A stretch of 24,000 nt of DNA from Acetobacteraceae bacterium (GCA_947373495.1 CANBXZ010000012.1:1-24000), one strand, 5' to 3'. Positions 1-7,806 are shown, counted from the stretch's first letter. Notes: generated by a model not told the origin, from the letters alone. Numbers and translations are program-made.

Positions 1-47
1 AGCCGGCCCTACCGCCGCATCCACTACGGCGAGGCATAGGCCGCATT

Positions 48-74
48 CCAGTGGTCAAGGGGTTTGACCACTGG
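48..74. terminator. Stem-loop, candidate bidirectional terminator
   Basis: Perfect 11-bp arms CCAGTGGTCAA (48-58) and TTGACCACTGG (64-74) with a 5-nt loop. It lies 9 nt after an in-frame TAG (37-39) of a possible + strand gene end and downstream of the converging TctC gene (stop at 199). There is no U-tract. Confidence 0.4.
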
Positions 75-198
75 ACCGCTGCCTCTTGGCCCTCCTACGC
101 CGGGCGGGTCGCCTTCGCGGCCCTCGGCTTTGCGGCGTGGGTCGCGGGCCGCCTTGCGGCGGCGGCATGAGCGAGCGGCTCGTGCCGGGGCTAGGTTC

Positions 199-1173
199 CT
201 ACTCCGGTCGGATATTGCCGCGCCGGATCACCGCCGCCCACTTGGCGGCATCGGCGCGGATCAGGGCGGCGAAGTCGGCGCGGCTGCCCCCGACCGGTTC
301 CATGCCCTGTTCGGTGATCACGCGCAGTACCTCCGGGTCGTGCAGCGCCGCTGCGGCGGCGGCGTGCAGCTTCGCCAGCACCGGCTGCGGCACCGCCCCG
401 GCGGTGACCAAGCCATGCCAGTTGCTGGTTTCAATCCCGGCCACGCCGCTTTCCGCCAGGGTCGGCACATCGGCCAGGAAGGGCAGGCGCTGCGGGCTGC
501 CCACGGCCAATATGCGCAGCGTGCCGGCGCGATGATGCGGCAGGAACACCGGCATGTCGGAAAGCCCCATGTCCACTTCCGCCGCCAGCAGTGCGGTGCC
601 CACCGGCCCGCCGCCGCGATAGGGCACATGCACCATCTGCACCCCGGCCACCTGGCTCAGCAACTCACCGGCCAGGTGCGGCATGCTGCCGCTGCCGGAG
701 GAGCCATAGGTGATGGTGCCCGGCCGCGCCCGTGCCGCCGCCAGCAACTCCCCCAGCGTCCGGTAGGGCGAGCGCGCCGGCACCACCACCGGCACCTGCA
801 CATTGATGGCCAGCGTGATCGGCGCCACGTCGCGCTGCGGGTCGAAGGGTGGCGTCGCCATCAGGCTGGGGGCGATGACGATGGCGCCGGTGGTGCCCAG
901 CGCCACGGTATAGCCATCCGCCGGCGCCTTCACCGCCAGGTCCACCCCAGTGAGGCCCCCGGCGCCCGACCGGGTCTCGATCACCACCGGCTGGCCCAGG
1001 CTGGCGGCCATGCGGGGCGCCATCAGCCGGGCGACGAAATCATTCGACCCCCCGGGCGCGAAGGGCACCACGAAGCGGATCGGCCGGGTGGGAAACGCCT
1101 CCTGCGCCGCGGCCGGGCCAGGGGCGGGCAGGGCCAGCAGCAGCGCCAGGGCGGCAGCGAGACGCGAGAGCAT
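199..1173 (-). CDS. TctC/Bug-family tripartite tricarboxylate transporter substrate-binding protein (324 aa)
   Basis: I trimmed the track ORF 199..1272 to the ATG at 1173, which is preceded by GGAGGA about 7 nt upstream. A signal peptide MLSRLAAALALLLALPAPGPAAA is followed by the family hallmark FPTRPIRFVVPFAPGGSNDFVAR. Later motifs are YGSSGSGSMPHLAGE, VPYRGGGP and LPxVPTLAESG. GC3 bias is strong in this frame. Confidence 0.92.
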   Translation of the reverse strand: MLSRLAAALALLLALPAPGPAAAQEAFPTRPIRFVVPFAPGGSNDFVARLMAPRMAASLGQPVVIETRSGAGGLTGVDLAVKAPADGYTVALGTTGAIVIAPSLMATPPFDPQRDVAPITLAINVQVPVVVPARSPYRTLGELLAAARARPGTITYGSSGSGSMPHLAGELLSQVAGVQMVHVPYRGGGPVGTALLAAEVDMGLSDMPVFLPHHRAGTLRILAVGSPQRLPFLADVPTLAESGVAGIETSNWHGLVTAGAVPQPVLAKLHAAAAAALHDPEVLRVITEQGMEPVGGSRADFAALIRADAAKWAAVIRRGNIRPE

Positions 1174-1336
1174 GGGACGGTCCTCCGGGGCGGTCTCTGC
1201 CGCCTGTTGCCGCAAGGCTAGAGCGGGATCGCCCGAGGTGGAATCACCGAAAGGGGTGAATCCCCGGGCCACAGCAATAATCCGGCGTCCGAGCGGCGCT
1301 CACCGCAGCGCCGATCGGACCAGGCGCACGAAGTTT

Positions 1337-1372
1337 CCCCCCGCAGCCCCCGCAGCCCCCGCCGCCCCGCAG
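1337..1372 (-). repeat. 9-bp C-rich simple repeat (CCCCCGCAG x about 4), which is a G-quadruplex-type motif on the minus strand
   Basis: The plus strand reads cccccc gcag ccccc gcag ccccc gccg cccc gcag. The reverse complement is GGGG-CGGC-GGGGG-CTGC-GGGGG-CTGC-GGGGGG. It lies in the 408-bp divergent intergenic region between two TctC genes. Confidence 0.6.
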
Positions 1373-1457
1373 CCTGCGGGCCGAGCCGCTGCATGGCGGC
1401 CGCGGCCTATGCCGTGTCGCCAGGGGCCGCGGGGGCGGCCCGCCTGGCGACTGAGGG

Positions 1458-1480
1458 GCACGCAGGTTCATCCCGCGTGC
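1458..1480. promoter_or_regulatory. Candidate operator: inverted repeat GCACGC-N11-GCGTGC
   Basis: Perfect 6-bp half sites at 1458-1463 and 1475-1480 are separated by 11 nt. The site is about 100 bp upstream of the TctC/monooxygenase operon start. A weak sigma70-like TGGCCA-N18-TAGACT follows at 1516-1545. This call rests on sequence pattern only. Confidence 0.2.
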
Positions 1481-1581
1481 GTCAGGTAGCGGACATCAGC
1501 GCAAAGCGCGGTGGCTGGCCAGCCGAGCGGCGCGCGGCTTAGACTGCGCCAAACGCCCCGGCACCAAGGCCGGCAATCGCG

Positions 1582-2601
1582 ATGGGAACGTCCATGCCCC
1601 ACCTTCCTGGCCGCCGCCGCCTGTTGCAGGCCGCGCCGGCATTGCTGGCGACCGCAGCCCTGGCCCCCCCGGCGCTGACCAGCCCGGCCTTGGCGCAACC
1701 CGGCTGGCCGAACCGGCCGCTGCGCATCATCGTGCCCTTCGCGCCGGGTGGGCCGATCGACCAGAATGCCCGCATCGTGGCGCAACCGTTGAGCGAGGCG
1801 CTGGGCCAGCCGGTGGTGGTGGAAAACCGCACCGGCGCCAATGGCGTGGTGGCGGCGGAAACCACGCTGCGCGCCGCGGCGGATGGCTACACGCTGCTGT
1901 TCTCGGTCATTCACCTCAGCGTGCTGCCCAGCCTGCAACAGAACCTGAGCTACGACATCGAGCGTGATTTCACCCATGTCACGCTCTCGGCCTACTACCC
2001 CATCATCCTGGTGGTGAAGCCGCAAACCCCCATCGCCTCGGTGGCTGATTTGATCGCCAAGGCCAAGGCGGCGCCGGGCAGCCTTTCCTACAGCCATTCC
2101 GGCTATGGCGGCGGCACCCATTTGGCCGGGGAGCTGTTCGCGATGCAGGCCGGGGTGCAGTTGCGCCAGGTGCCGTATCGCGGCAGCGCGCCCGCCATGG
2201 CGGACCTGCTGGGCGGCCATGTGGACATGATGTTCAGCGACGCCCCCACCGCCATGCAGCCGGTGCAGTCCGGCCTGTTGCGGCCGCTGGGCATTTCCAC
2301 CCCGCAGCGTTCGGCGCTGATGCCGGAATTGCCGACCATCGCGGAACAGGGCCTGCCCGGCTATGGCGCCTATTCCTGGGGGGGCGTTTCGGTGCGCGCC
2401 GGCACCCCGCCGGAGGTGGTGGCCCGGCTGAACACCGAACTGGTGAAGCTGATGCATGACCCGGCGGTGCGCGAGCGCATGCTGAGGATCGGCGCCGAAC
2501 CCAAGCCCGGCACCCCGGCGGAGTTCAGTGCCATGATCCATGGCGAGATCGCCAAATGGGGCGAAGTGGTCCGCCGCGCCAATATCCGCATGGGGGATTG
2601 A
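1582..2601 (+). CDS. TctC/Bug-family substrate-binding protein (339 aa; an alternative start at 1594 is possible)
   Basis: The N-terminus GRRRLLQAAPALLATAALAPPALTSPALA looks like a Tat/Sec-type signal. It is followed by QPGWPNRPLRIIVPFAPGGPIDQNAR. Later motifs are YSHSGYGGGTHLAGE, VPYRGSAP and LPELPTIAEQGLPGY. The stop TGA at 2599-2601 is 2 nt before the next gene. Confidence 0.92.
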   Translation: MGTSMPHLPGRRRLLQAAPALLATAALAPPALTSPALAQPGWPNRPLRIIVPFAPGGPIDQNARIVAQPLSEALGQPVVVENRTGANGVVAAETTLRAAADGYTLLFSVIHLSVLPSLQQNLSYDIERDFTHVTLSAYYPIILVVKPQTPIASVADLIAKAKAAPGSLSYSHSGYGGGTHLAGELFAMQAGVQLRQVPYRGSAPAMADLLGGHVDMMFSDAPTAMQPVQSGLLRPLGISTPQRSALMPELPTIAEQGLPGYGAYSWGGVSVRAGTPPEVVARLNTELVKLMHDPAVRERMLRIGAEPKPGTPAEFSAMIHGEIAKWGEVVRRANIRMGD

Positions 2602-2603
2602 GC

Positions 2604-3725
2604 ATGCCGCGCATTGCCATCATCGGTGCCGGTATCGGCGGCCTGACCATTGCCGCGCTGCTGCACCAGCGCGGCTTCGCGGTGGAGGTGTATGAACAGG
2701 CGCAGCGCTTCGCCCGCATCGGCGCCGGCATCCAGCAAAGCAGCAATGCGGTGAAGGTATTGCGCAGCCTGGGGCTGGAAGCCCGGTTGCGCGCCGCCGC
2801 CTTCGCGCCGCAGGTATGGAACAACCGCGAATGGGATACCGGCGCGGTGAAGCACACGCTGACCCTGGGCGACCGCTTTGAGCAACGCTACGGCGCGCCC
2901 TACCTGCTGATGCATCGGGGCGATCTGCATGCGGCGCTGGAATCCGCGCTGCCGGCCGCGGCCATCCACCTGGGCAGCCCGGTTCTGGCGGTGGCGCAGG
3001 ACGCCACCGGGGTGACACTGCACCTGGCCGGCGGCGCCACGGCCCGGGCGGATGCGGTGGTGGCGGCGGATGGCGTGCATTCCCGCGTGCGGGAGCAGTT
3101 GTTCGGTGCCGAGGCGCCACGCTTCACCGGCCGCGTCGCCTATCGCACCACCTTCCCTGCCAGCCTGCTGGCGGAACCGCTGCTGGACGACTGCACCAAG
3201 TGGTGGGGGCCGGACCGGCATATCGTGATGTACTACGTCAAGCCGGACCGCAGCGAAGTGTACTTCGTCACCAGCGTGCCGGAAGCGGATTGGCGCACCG
3301 AAAGCTGGTCCGCCAAGGGCGACCTTGGCGAGCTGCGCGCCGCCTTCGCCGGCTTCCACCCGGCGGTGCGCGCGGTGCTGGAAGCCTGCCCGGACGTGCA
3401 TAAATGGGCGCTGGTGGAACGCGACCCGCTGCCCCGCTGGCACCAGGGCCGCGTGGTGCTGCTGGGCGACGCCTGCCACCCCATGGTGCCCTACATGGCC
3501 CAGGGCGCCACCAGCGCCATCGAGGACGCCGCCGTGCTGGCGCGCTGCCTGGAAGCCGGGGGTGACATCGCCACCGCCTTCGCCCGCTACACCGCCACGC
3601 GCCATGCGCGGGCATCCCAGATCCAGCTCACCTCGCATCGCAATGAGTGGATGAGCACGCGCACCGACCCCGACTGGGTCTATGGCTACGATGCGCTGCA
3701 AACACCCTTGGCCGAAGCGGCCTGA
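2604..3725 (+). CDS. Class A FAD-dependent monooxygenase, 6-hydroxynicotinate 3-monooxygenase (NicC)/salicylate hydroxylase-like (373 aa)
   Basis: The ATG at 2604 is preceded by GGGGGA. A Rossmann GxGxxG motif (IAIIGAGIGGL) is present, with DG (ADGVHSRVR) and GD (VLLGDACHPMVPYMAQGATSAIEDA) fingerprints. KWWGPDRHIVMYYV...YFVTSVPEADW and the C-terminal DPDWVYGYD resemble NicC as I recall it. Confidence 0.9.
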   Translation: MPRIAIIGAGIGGLTIAALLHQRGFAVEVYEQAQRFARIGAGIQQSSNAVKVLRSLGLEARLRAAAFAPQVWNNREWDTGAVKHTLTLGDRFEQRYGAPYLLMHRGDLHAALESALPAAAIHLGSPVLAVAQDATGVTLHLAGGATARADAVVAADGVHSRVREQLFGAEAPRFTGRVAYRTTFPASLLAEPLLDDCTKWWGPDRHIVMYYVKPDRSEVYFVTSVPEADWRTESWSAKGDLGELRAAFAGFHPAVRAVLEACPDVHKWALVERDPLPRWHQGRVVLLGDACHPMVPYMAQGATSAIEDAAVLARCLEAGGDIATAFARYTATRHARASQIQLTSHRNEWMSTRTDPDWVYGYDALQTPLAEAA

Positions 3726-3745
3726 CTTCAGACGGAGATCGCCAC

Positions 3746-4474
3746 ATGTCCTCAGCCATTGTCGGCCAACTGGCCCCTACCGGCGTGCTGCGCGCCGGCG
3801 TCAACATGGGCAACTTCCTGCTCGTTACCAGCCGGGCGGAAAACGGGGATCCGGCCGGGGTTTCCCCCAGCATGGCGAAGGCCATCGCCGACCGCCTGGG
3901 CGTGCCGGTGAAGTACGTGCCCTTCGCCCGCCCGAACGAGGTGGCCGACGCCGCCGACACCAACACCTGGGACATCGCGCTGATCGGCGCCGAGCCGCAG
4001 CGCGCCGCCAAGATCAGCTTCACCGCGGCGTATTGCGAGATCGAGGCCACCTACCTGGTGCCGGCCGGCTCGCCCATCACCAGCATCGCGGAGGTGGACA
4101 AGCCCGGCATCCGCATCGGTGTTTCCGCCGGCGCCGCCTATGCGCTGTGGCTGGAACGCAACATCAAGCACGCCACGCTGATCCAGGTGCCGGGCGGCGG
4201 CAACAGCGCGCTGCAGAAGTTCATCGACGAGAAGATGGACGTCTTCGCCGGCCTGCGCCCTGGCCTGCTGGGCGACGTGGAAAAGTTGCCCGGCGCGCGC
4301 ATTTTGGCTGGCCAGTTCATGGCGGTGCAGCAGGCCATCGGCACGGCGAAGCAGAACGACGCCGCCTTCGCCTTCCTGAAGGACTTCGTCGAGGAAGCCA
4401 AGCGCACCGGGCTGGTGGCGCAGTTCATCGAACAGCACAAGGTCCGCGGGCTTTCCGTGGCGCCGGCGGCGTAA
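3746..4474 (+). CDS. Type 2 periplasmic-binding-fold (SBP_bac_3/amino-acid-binding-like) protein with no signal peptide (242 aa)
   Basis: The ATG at 3746 has GGAG about 10 nt upstream. The protein starts directly with the first beta strand (GVLRAGVNMGNF). Other family features are GVSPSMAKAIADRLGVPVKYVPF, WDIALIGAEPQRA, ISFTAAYCEIEATYLVPAGSPI and DVFAGLRPGL. The upstream in-frame extension to 3647 overlaps the monooxygenase gene and has no hydrophobic core. Confidence 0.8.
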   Translation: MSSAIVGQLAPTGVLRAGVNMGNFLLVTSRAENGDPAGVSPSMAKAIADRLGVPVKYVPFARPNEVADAADTNTWDIALIGAEPQRAAKISFTAAYCEIEATYLVPAGSPITSIAEVDKPGIRIGVSAGAAYALWLERNIKHATLIQVPGGGNSALQKFIDEKMDVFAGLRPGLLGDVEKLPGARILAGQFMAVQQAIGTAKQNDAAFAFLKDFVEEAKRTGLVAQFIEQHKVRGLSVAPAA

Positions 4475-4497
4475 CCGCACGGCAGGGGGGACAGGCG

Positions 4498-5376
4498 ATG
4501 AAGTTCGCGCTGCATTTCGGCAACCTCAACTTCCCGGACGCCGCCGGCGCCGCCCGCATCGCGCGGGTGGCGGAAGCCGCTGGCTTCGACACGCTGCTGG
4601 CGGTGGACCACGTGGCGTTGCCGCAGCGCTACGACAGCGTCTATCCCTATTCGGCCGATGGCCGCATGCCGGCGGCGAATACCGCGCCCTACCCGGACCC
4701 GTTGATCTGGATGGCCTTCGCCGCCGCCGCCACCACGCGGCTGAAGCTGATGACCGGCGTCATCATCCTGCCGCAGCGGGAGCCGTTGGTGCTGGCCAAG
4801 CAGGTGGCGACGCTGGACGCGATGAGCGGCGGGCGGATCGAGCTGGGCATCGGCGTTGGCTGGCTGCGCGAGGAATTCGCCGCCATCGGCGTGCCGTTCG
4901 AACGCCGCGGCAAGCGGGCGGATGAATACCTGGGCGCCATGCGCGCGCTCTGGGCCAGCGATGGCGCCAGCTACCAGGGCGAGTTCGTCAACTTCCAGGG
5001 CGTCAACAGCAACCCCAAGCCGGTGCGCGGCCGCGTGCCGATCATCGTCGGTGGCCATTCCGAAGCGGCGGCGCGGCGGGCCGGCCGGCTGGGCGATGGC
5101 TTCTTTCCCTCCATCGGCTCCCAGCACGACACCTTCCCGCTGTTCGACGTGGTGGCCCGCGCCGCCGAGGCCGCCGGGCGCGACCCGGCGAGCGTGGAGC
5201 GCATCACCGGCTGCCCGGATGCGCTGCCGAATTCCGGCAAGGACCCGCTGGCGGCGGTGGCGGAACGCCGCACCCGTGGCGTTGGCCGCGTGGTGGTGCC
5301 GATGACGGCGTTCCTGCCGGATATCGAGGCCGGGTTGATGCGCTTCGGCGAGACCGTCATCAGCCAGTGCCAATAG
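4498..5376 (+). CDS. Luciferase-like monooxygenase (LLM) class oxidoreductase, F420/FMN-dependent type (292 aa)
   Basis: The ATG at 4498 follows GGGGGGA. MKFALHFGN, GFDTLLAVDHV, TTRLKLMTGVIILPQREPLVLAKQVATLDAMSGGRIELGIGVGW and PIIVGGHSEAAARRAGRLGDGFFP are typical of the short LLM (Rv2161c-like) group. Confidence 0.85.
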   Translation: MKFALHFGNLNFPDAAGAARIARVAEAAGFDTLLAVDHVALPQRYDSVYPYSADGRMPAANTAPYPDPLIWMAFAAAATTRLKLMTGVIILPQREPLVLAKQVATLDAMSGGRIELGIGVGWLREEFAAIGVPFERRGKRADEYLGAMRALWASDGASYQGEFVNFQGVNSNPKPVRGRVPIIVGGHSEAAARRAGRLGDGFFPSIGSQHDTFPLFDVVARAAEAAGRDPASVERITGCPDALPNSGKDPLAAVAERRTRGVGRVVVPMTAFLPDIEAGLMRFGETVISQCQ

Positions 5377-5381
5377 GGCAG

Positions 5382-5405
5382 GGCCCGGCGCCTGGGCGCC
5401 GGGCC
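5382..5405. terminator. GC-rich palindrome, candidate bidirectional terminator between convergent genes
   Basis: GGCCCGGCGCC (5382-5392) and GGCGCCGGGCC (5395-5405) are perfect reverse complements. They fill the 34-bp gap between the LLM stop (5376) and the SDR stop (5411). Confidence 0.5.
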
Positions 5406-5410
5406 GCCCG

Positions 5411-6172
5411 CTACATCTTCTTGCCGATGGTCCAGCCGCCATCCACGGTCAGGATGGCGCCGGTGACGAAGCCGTTGGCTTCCTCGGCCAGGAACAGGAT
5501 GGCGTGCGCCACTTCCGCCGGTTCCGCCCAGCGGCCGACGGCATGGATGTCGCGGATGACCTGGGCCTGCACCGGGTCCTGGAAGTAGCGTTCGGTCATC
5601 GGCGTGCGCACCACGCCGGGTGCCACCGCGTTCACCCGAATGCCGCGGTCGCCCAGCTCCAGCGCCATTTCCTTGGTGATGCCGACGACGCCGTGCTTGG
5701 AGGCGGTATAGGCCGCCCGGTTCGGCGCGGCGGAAATGCCCAGCGTGGAAGCCAGGTTCACGATCCGCCCCGGCCGGTCCAGCGCCACCAGGCGGCGGGC
5801 GAAGGCCTGGCTGGGCAGGAAGGTGCCGGTCAGGTTCACCCCGATCACGCGTTGCCACTCCTCCAGCGAGAGGTCGAGCACGCTGACGATCTCCCGGATG
5901 CCGGCCGAGTTCACCAGCACGTCCAGCCGGCCCAGCGTGGTTTCGGCGGCGGCGACGAACGCCGTCACCGAGGCCGGGTCGGTCACGTCCAGCCGGAAGG
6001 CATGCGCCTCCCCGCCCGTGCCGCGAATGGTGGCCGCCGTGGCCTCGGCGCGTTCGAGGTCGAGGTCGCCCACCGCGACGCGGGCGCCCTCGCGCGCTGC
6101 CGCGAAGCACACCTGCTGGCCAATGCCGCTGCCACCGCCGGTGACCAGCACCGCCTGATCCTGAAACCGCAT
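5411..6172 (-). CDS. SDR-family NAD(P)-dependent oxidoreductase (253 aa)
   Basis: Contains TGGGSGIG cofactor motif, NSAG, and the catalytic S...YTASK. The ATG at 6172 is preceded by GGGAGGA and lies 16 nt after the GMC gene stop, which suggests co-transcription. Confidence 0.92.
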   Translation of the reverse strand: MRFQDQAVLVTGGGSGIGQQVCFAAAREGARVAVGDLDLERAEATAATIRGTGGEAHAFRLDVTDPASVTAFVAAAETTLGRLDVLVNSAGIREIVSVLDLSLEEWQRVIGVNLTGTFLPSQAFARRLVALDRPGRIVNLASTLGISAAPNRAAYTASKHGVVGITKEMALELGDRGIRVNAVAPGVVRTPMTERYFQDPVQAQVIRDIHAVGRWAEPAEVAHAILFLAEEANGFVTGAILTVDGGWTIGKKM

Positions 6173-6188
6173 CTCTCGTTCCTCCCGT

Positions 6189-7796
6189 TCAGGCCGCCAG
6201 GATCAGGTCGGAGGCTTTCTCCGCGATCATGTTCGTGGCGGCATAGGTGTTGCCGGAAACCATGGTGGGCATGGCGGAGGCATCGGCGATGCGCAGCCCG
6301 TCCAGCCCGTGCACCCGCATGCTCAACGGGTCGATCACCGCCATGGGGTCGGTGCCCAGCCGGCAACTGCCGATCGGGTGGTAGGTGGTGCTGCCGGTGG
6401 CGCGGGCATGCGCCAGCCATTCCTCGTCGGTCTGCACCGCCGGGCCGGGGAAGTTCTCCTCCAGCACGAAGTCGGCCAGTGGCTTGGTGTGCAGCAATTG
6501 GCGCATGTATTTCATTGCCGCCACCAGCGCGTCGCGGTCCATCTGGTCCGCCAGGTAGTTCGGCTGGATCTCCGGCTTCACCCGTGGGTCGGCGCTCAGC
6601 GCCTTCAACCAGCCCTTGCTTTCCGGCCGCAGCTGGGAACAGCCCAGCGTCATGCCGGGCCTGGTGTCCAGGTCGGTCACGCCATAGGCGCCGGCGGCGT
6701 AGCTGGCGGGGGCGAAGTACAGTTGCATGTCGGGCGTCTCCAGCCCTTCGCGCGTCTTCATGTAGCCGCCGGCATGGCTGGGGCTGGAGGTGAGCAGCCC
6801 CTTGCGGGTGATGGCGTAGCGCAACACCTCCCCCACCAGGCGCAACCCGCGGGAGCGTTCGTTCAGCGACCCGGTGCCCTTCACCAGCGCGGAGACGCGG
6901 GTAGCGTAGTGGTCGCGCAGGTTCTTGCCCACGCCGGGCAGCGCGTGCAGCACCTCCACGCCGATGTCGCGCAGCCATTCCGCGTCGCCGACGCCGCTGA
7001 TCTGCAGCAGCTGCGGCGTGTTGATGGAACCACCGCACAGCACCACGTCCCGCCGTGCCCGCAGCACCATCGGCTCGCCACCATCCGGCCGGTACCGGAT
7101 GCCGACGGCACGCTTGCCCTCGAACAGGATGCGCTCGGCCAGGGCGCGCTGCACCAGCTTGACGTTCGGCCGGGTCAGGGCGGGGCGCAGATAGGCGTCG
7201 GCCGGGCTCCAGCGGCGGCCGTCCTTCATCATCTGCTGGTACAGGAAGGTGCCTTCCTGGTTGCCACTGTTGTAGTCCGGCGTGTGCTTCAGCCCCAGCG
7301 CCGCATTGGCCGCCATATAGGCGTCCGAGAGCGGGTGCGGGTCGCGCTGGTCCTGGATGTTCAGCGGGCCATCGGTGCCGCGCACGCTGGGGTCGCCACC
7401 GCCATTGCCGCGGGTTTCGGCGCGCTTGAAATAGGGCAGCACATCGTCCCACGACCAGCCGCGGCAGCCCAGCTGCGCCCACATGTCATAGTCGGCGGAC
7501 TGGCCGCGCACGTAGAGGTGGCCGTTGATGGAACCGGAACCACCCAGCACCTTGCCGCGCGGGAAGGGGATTCTGCGGTTGTCGATATGCGGGCCGGGGG
7601 CGGTCTCGTAGCCCCAGTTCAGCTTCGGGTCGTAGACCGTCTTGTTGAAGCCGGCCGGGATCTTGATGAAGATGTTGCGGTCGGGCCCGCCGGCTTCCAG
7701 CACCGCCACGCTGTATTTGCCATTGGCGCTGAGCCGATAGGCCATGACGCAGCCGGCCGCGCCGGCGCCCACCACCACATAGTCGAACTCTTCCAT
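6189..7796 (-). CDS. GMC-family FAD oxidoreductase (choline/alcohol dehydrogenase-like, 535 aa)
   Basis: I trimmed the start to MEEFDYVVVGAGAAGCVMAYRL (ATG at 7796). Contains GKVLGGSGSINGHLYVRG. The C-terminus has the GMC active-site region TTYHPIGSCRLG and DASAMPTMVSGNTYAATNMIAEKA. In-frame starts at 7826 or 7853 remain possible. Confidence 0.9.
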   Translation of the reverse strand: MEEFDYVVVGAGAAGCVMAYRLSANGKYSVAVLEAGGPDRNIFIKIPAGFNKTVYDPKLNWGYETAPGPHIDNRRIPFPRGKVLGGSGSINGHLYVRGQSADYDMWAQLGCRGWSWDDVLPYFKRAETRGNGGGDPSVRGTDGPLNIQDQRDPHPLSDAYMAANAALGLKHTPDYNSGNQEGTFLYQQMMKDGRRWSPADAYLRPALTRPNVKLVQRALAERILFEGKRAVGIRYRPDGGEPMVLRARRDVVLCGGSINTPQLLQISGVGDAEWLRDIGVEVLHALPGVGKNLRDHYATRVSALVKGTGSLNERSRGLRLVGEVLRYAITRKGLLTSSPSHAGGYMKTREGLETPDMQLYFAPASYAAGAYGVTDLDTRPGMTLGCSQLRPESKGWLKALSADPRVKPEIQPNYLADQMDRDALVAAMKYMRQLLHTKPLADFVLEENFPGPAVQTDEEWLAHARATGSTTYHPIGSCRLGTDPMAVIDPLSMRVHGLDGLRIADASAMPTMVSGNTYAATNMIAEKASDLILAA

Positions 7797-7806
7797 CCCT
7801 GTGTCC

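Noticed and set aside
1-39. A possible 3' end of a plus-strand gene (frame 1, ...SRPYRRIHYGEA, TAG at 37-39)
   Set aside because: Only 12 codons are visible, so neither coding status nor function can be supported. It is mentioned only as context for the hairpin at 48-74.
1244-1471. A 75-aa minus-strand ORF in the long divergent intergenic region, considered as a possible small regulator
   Set aside because: The translation is Pro/Arg/Gly/Cys low-complexity sequence driven by the CCCCCGCAG repeat. It has no Shine-Dalgarno and no helix-turn-helix-like segment.
3682-5376. A 564-aa ORF suggesting a much longer LLM protein
   Set aside because: The first 272 codons overlap the SBP-like gene out of frame and are Arg/Gly-rich. 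LLM homology starts at MKFALHFGN (ATG at 4498), which has a strong Shine-Dalgarno.
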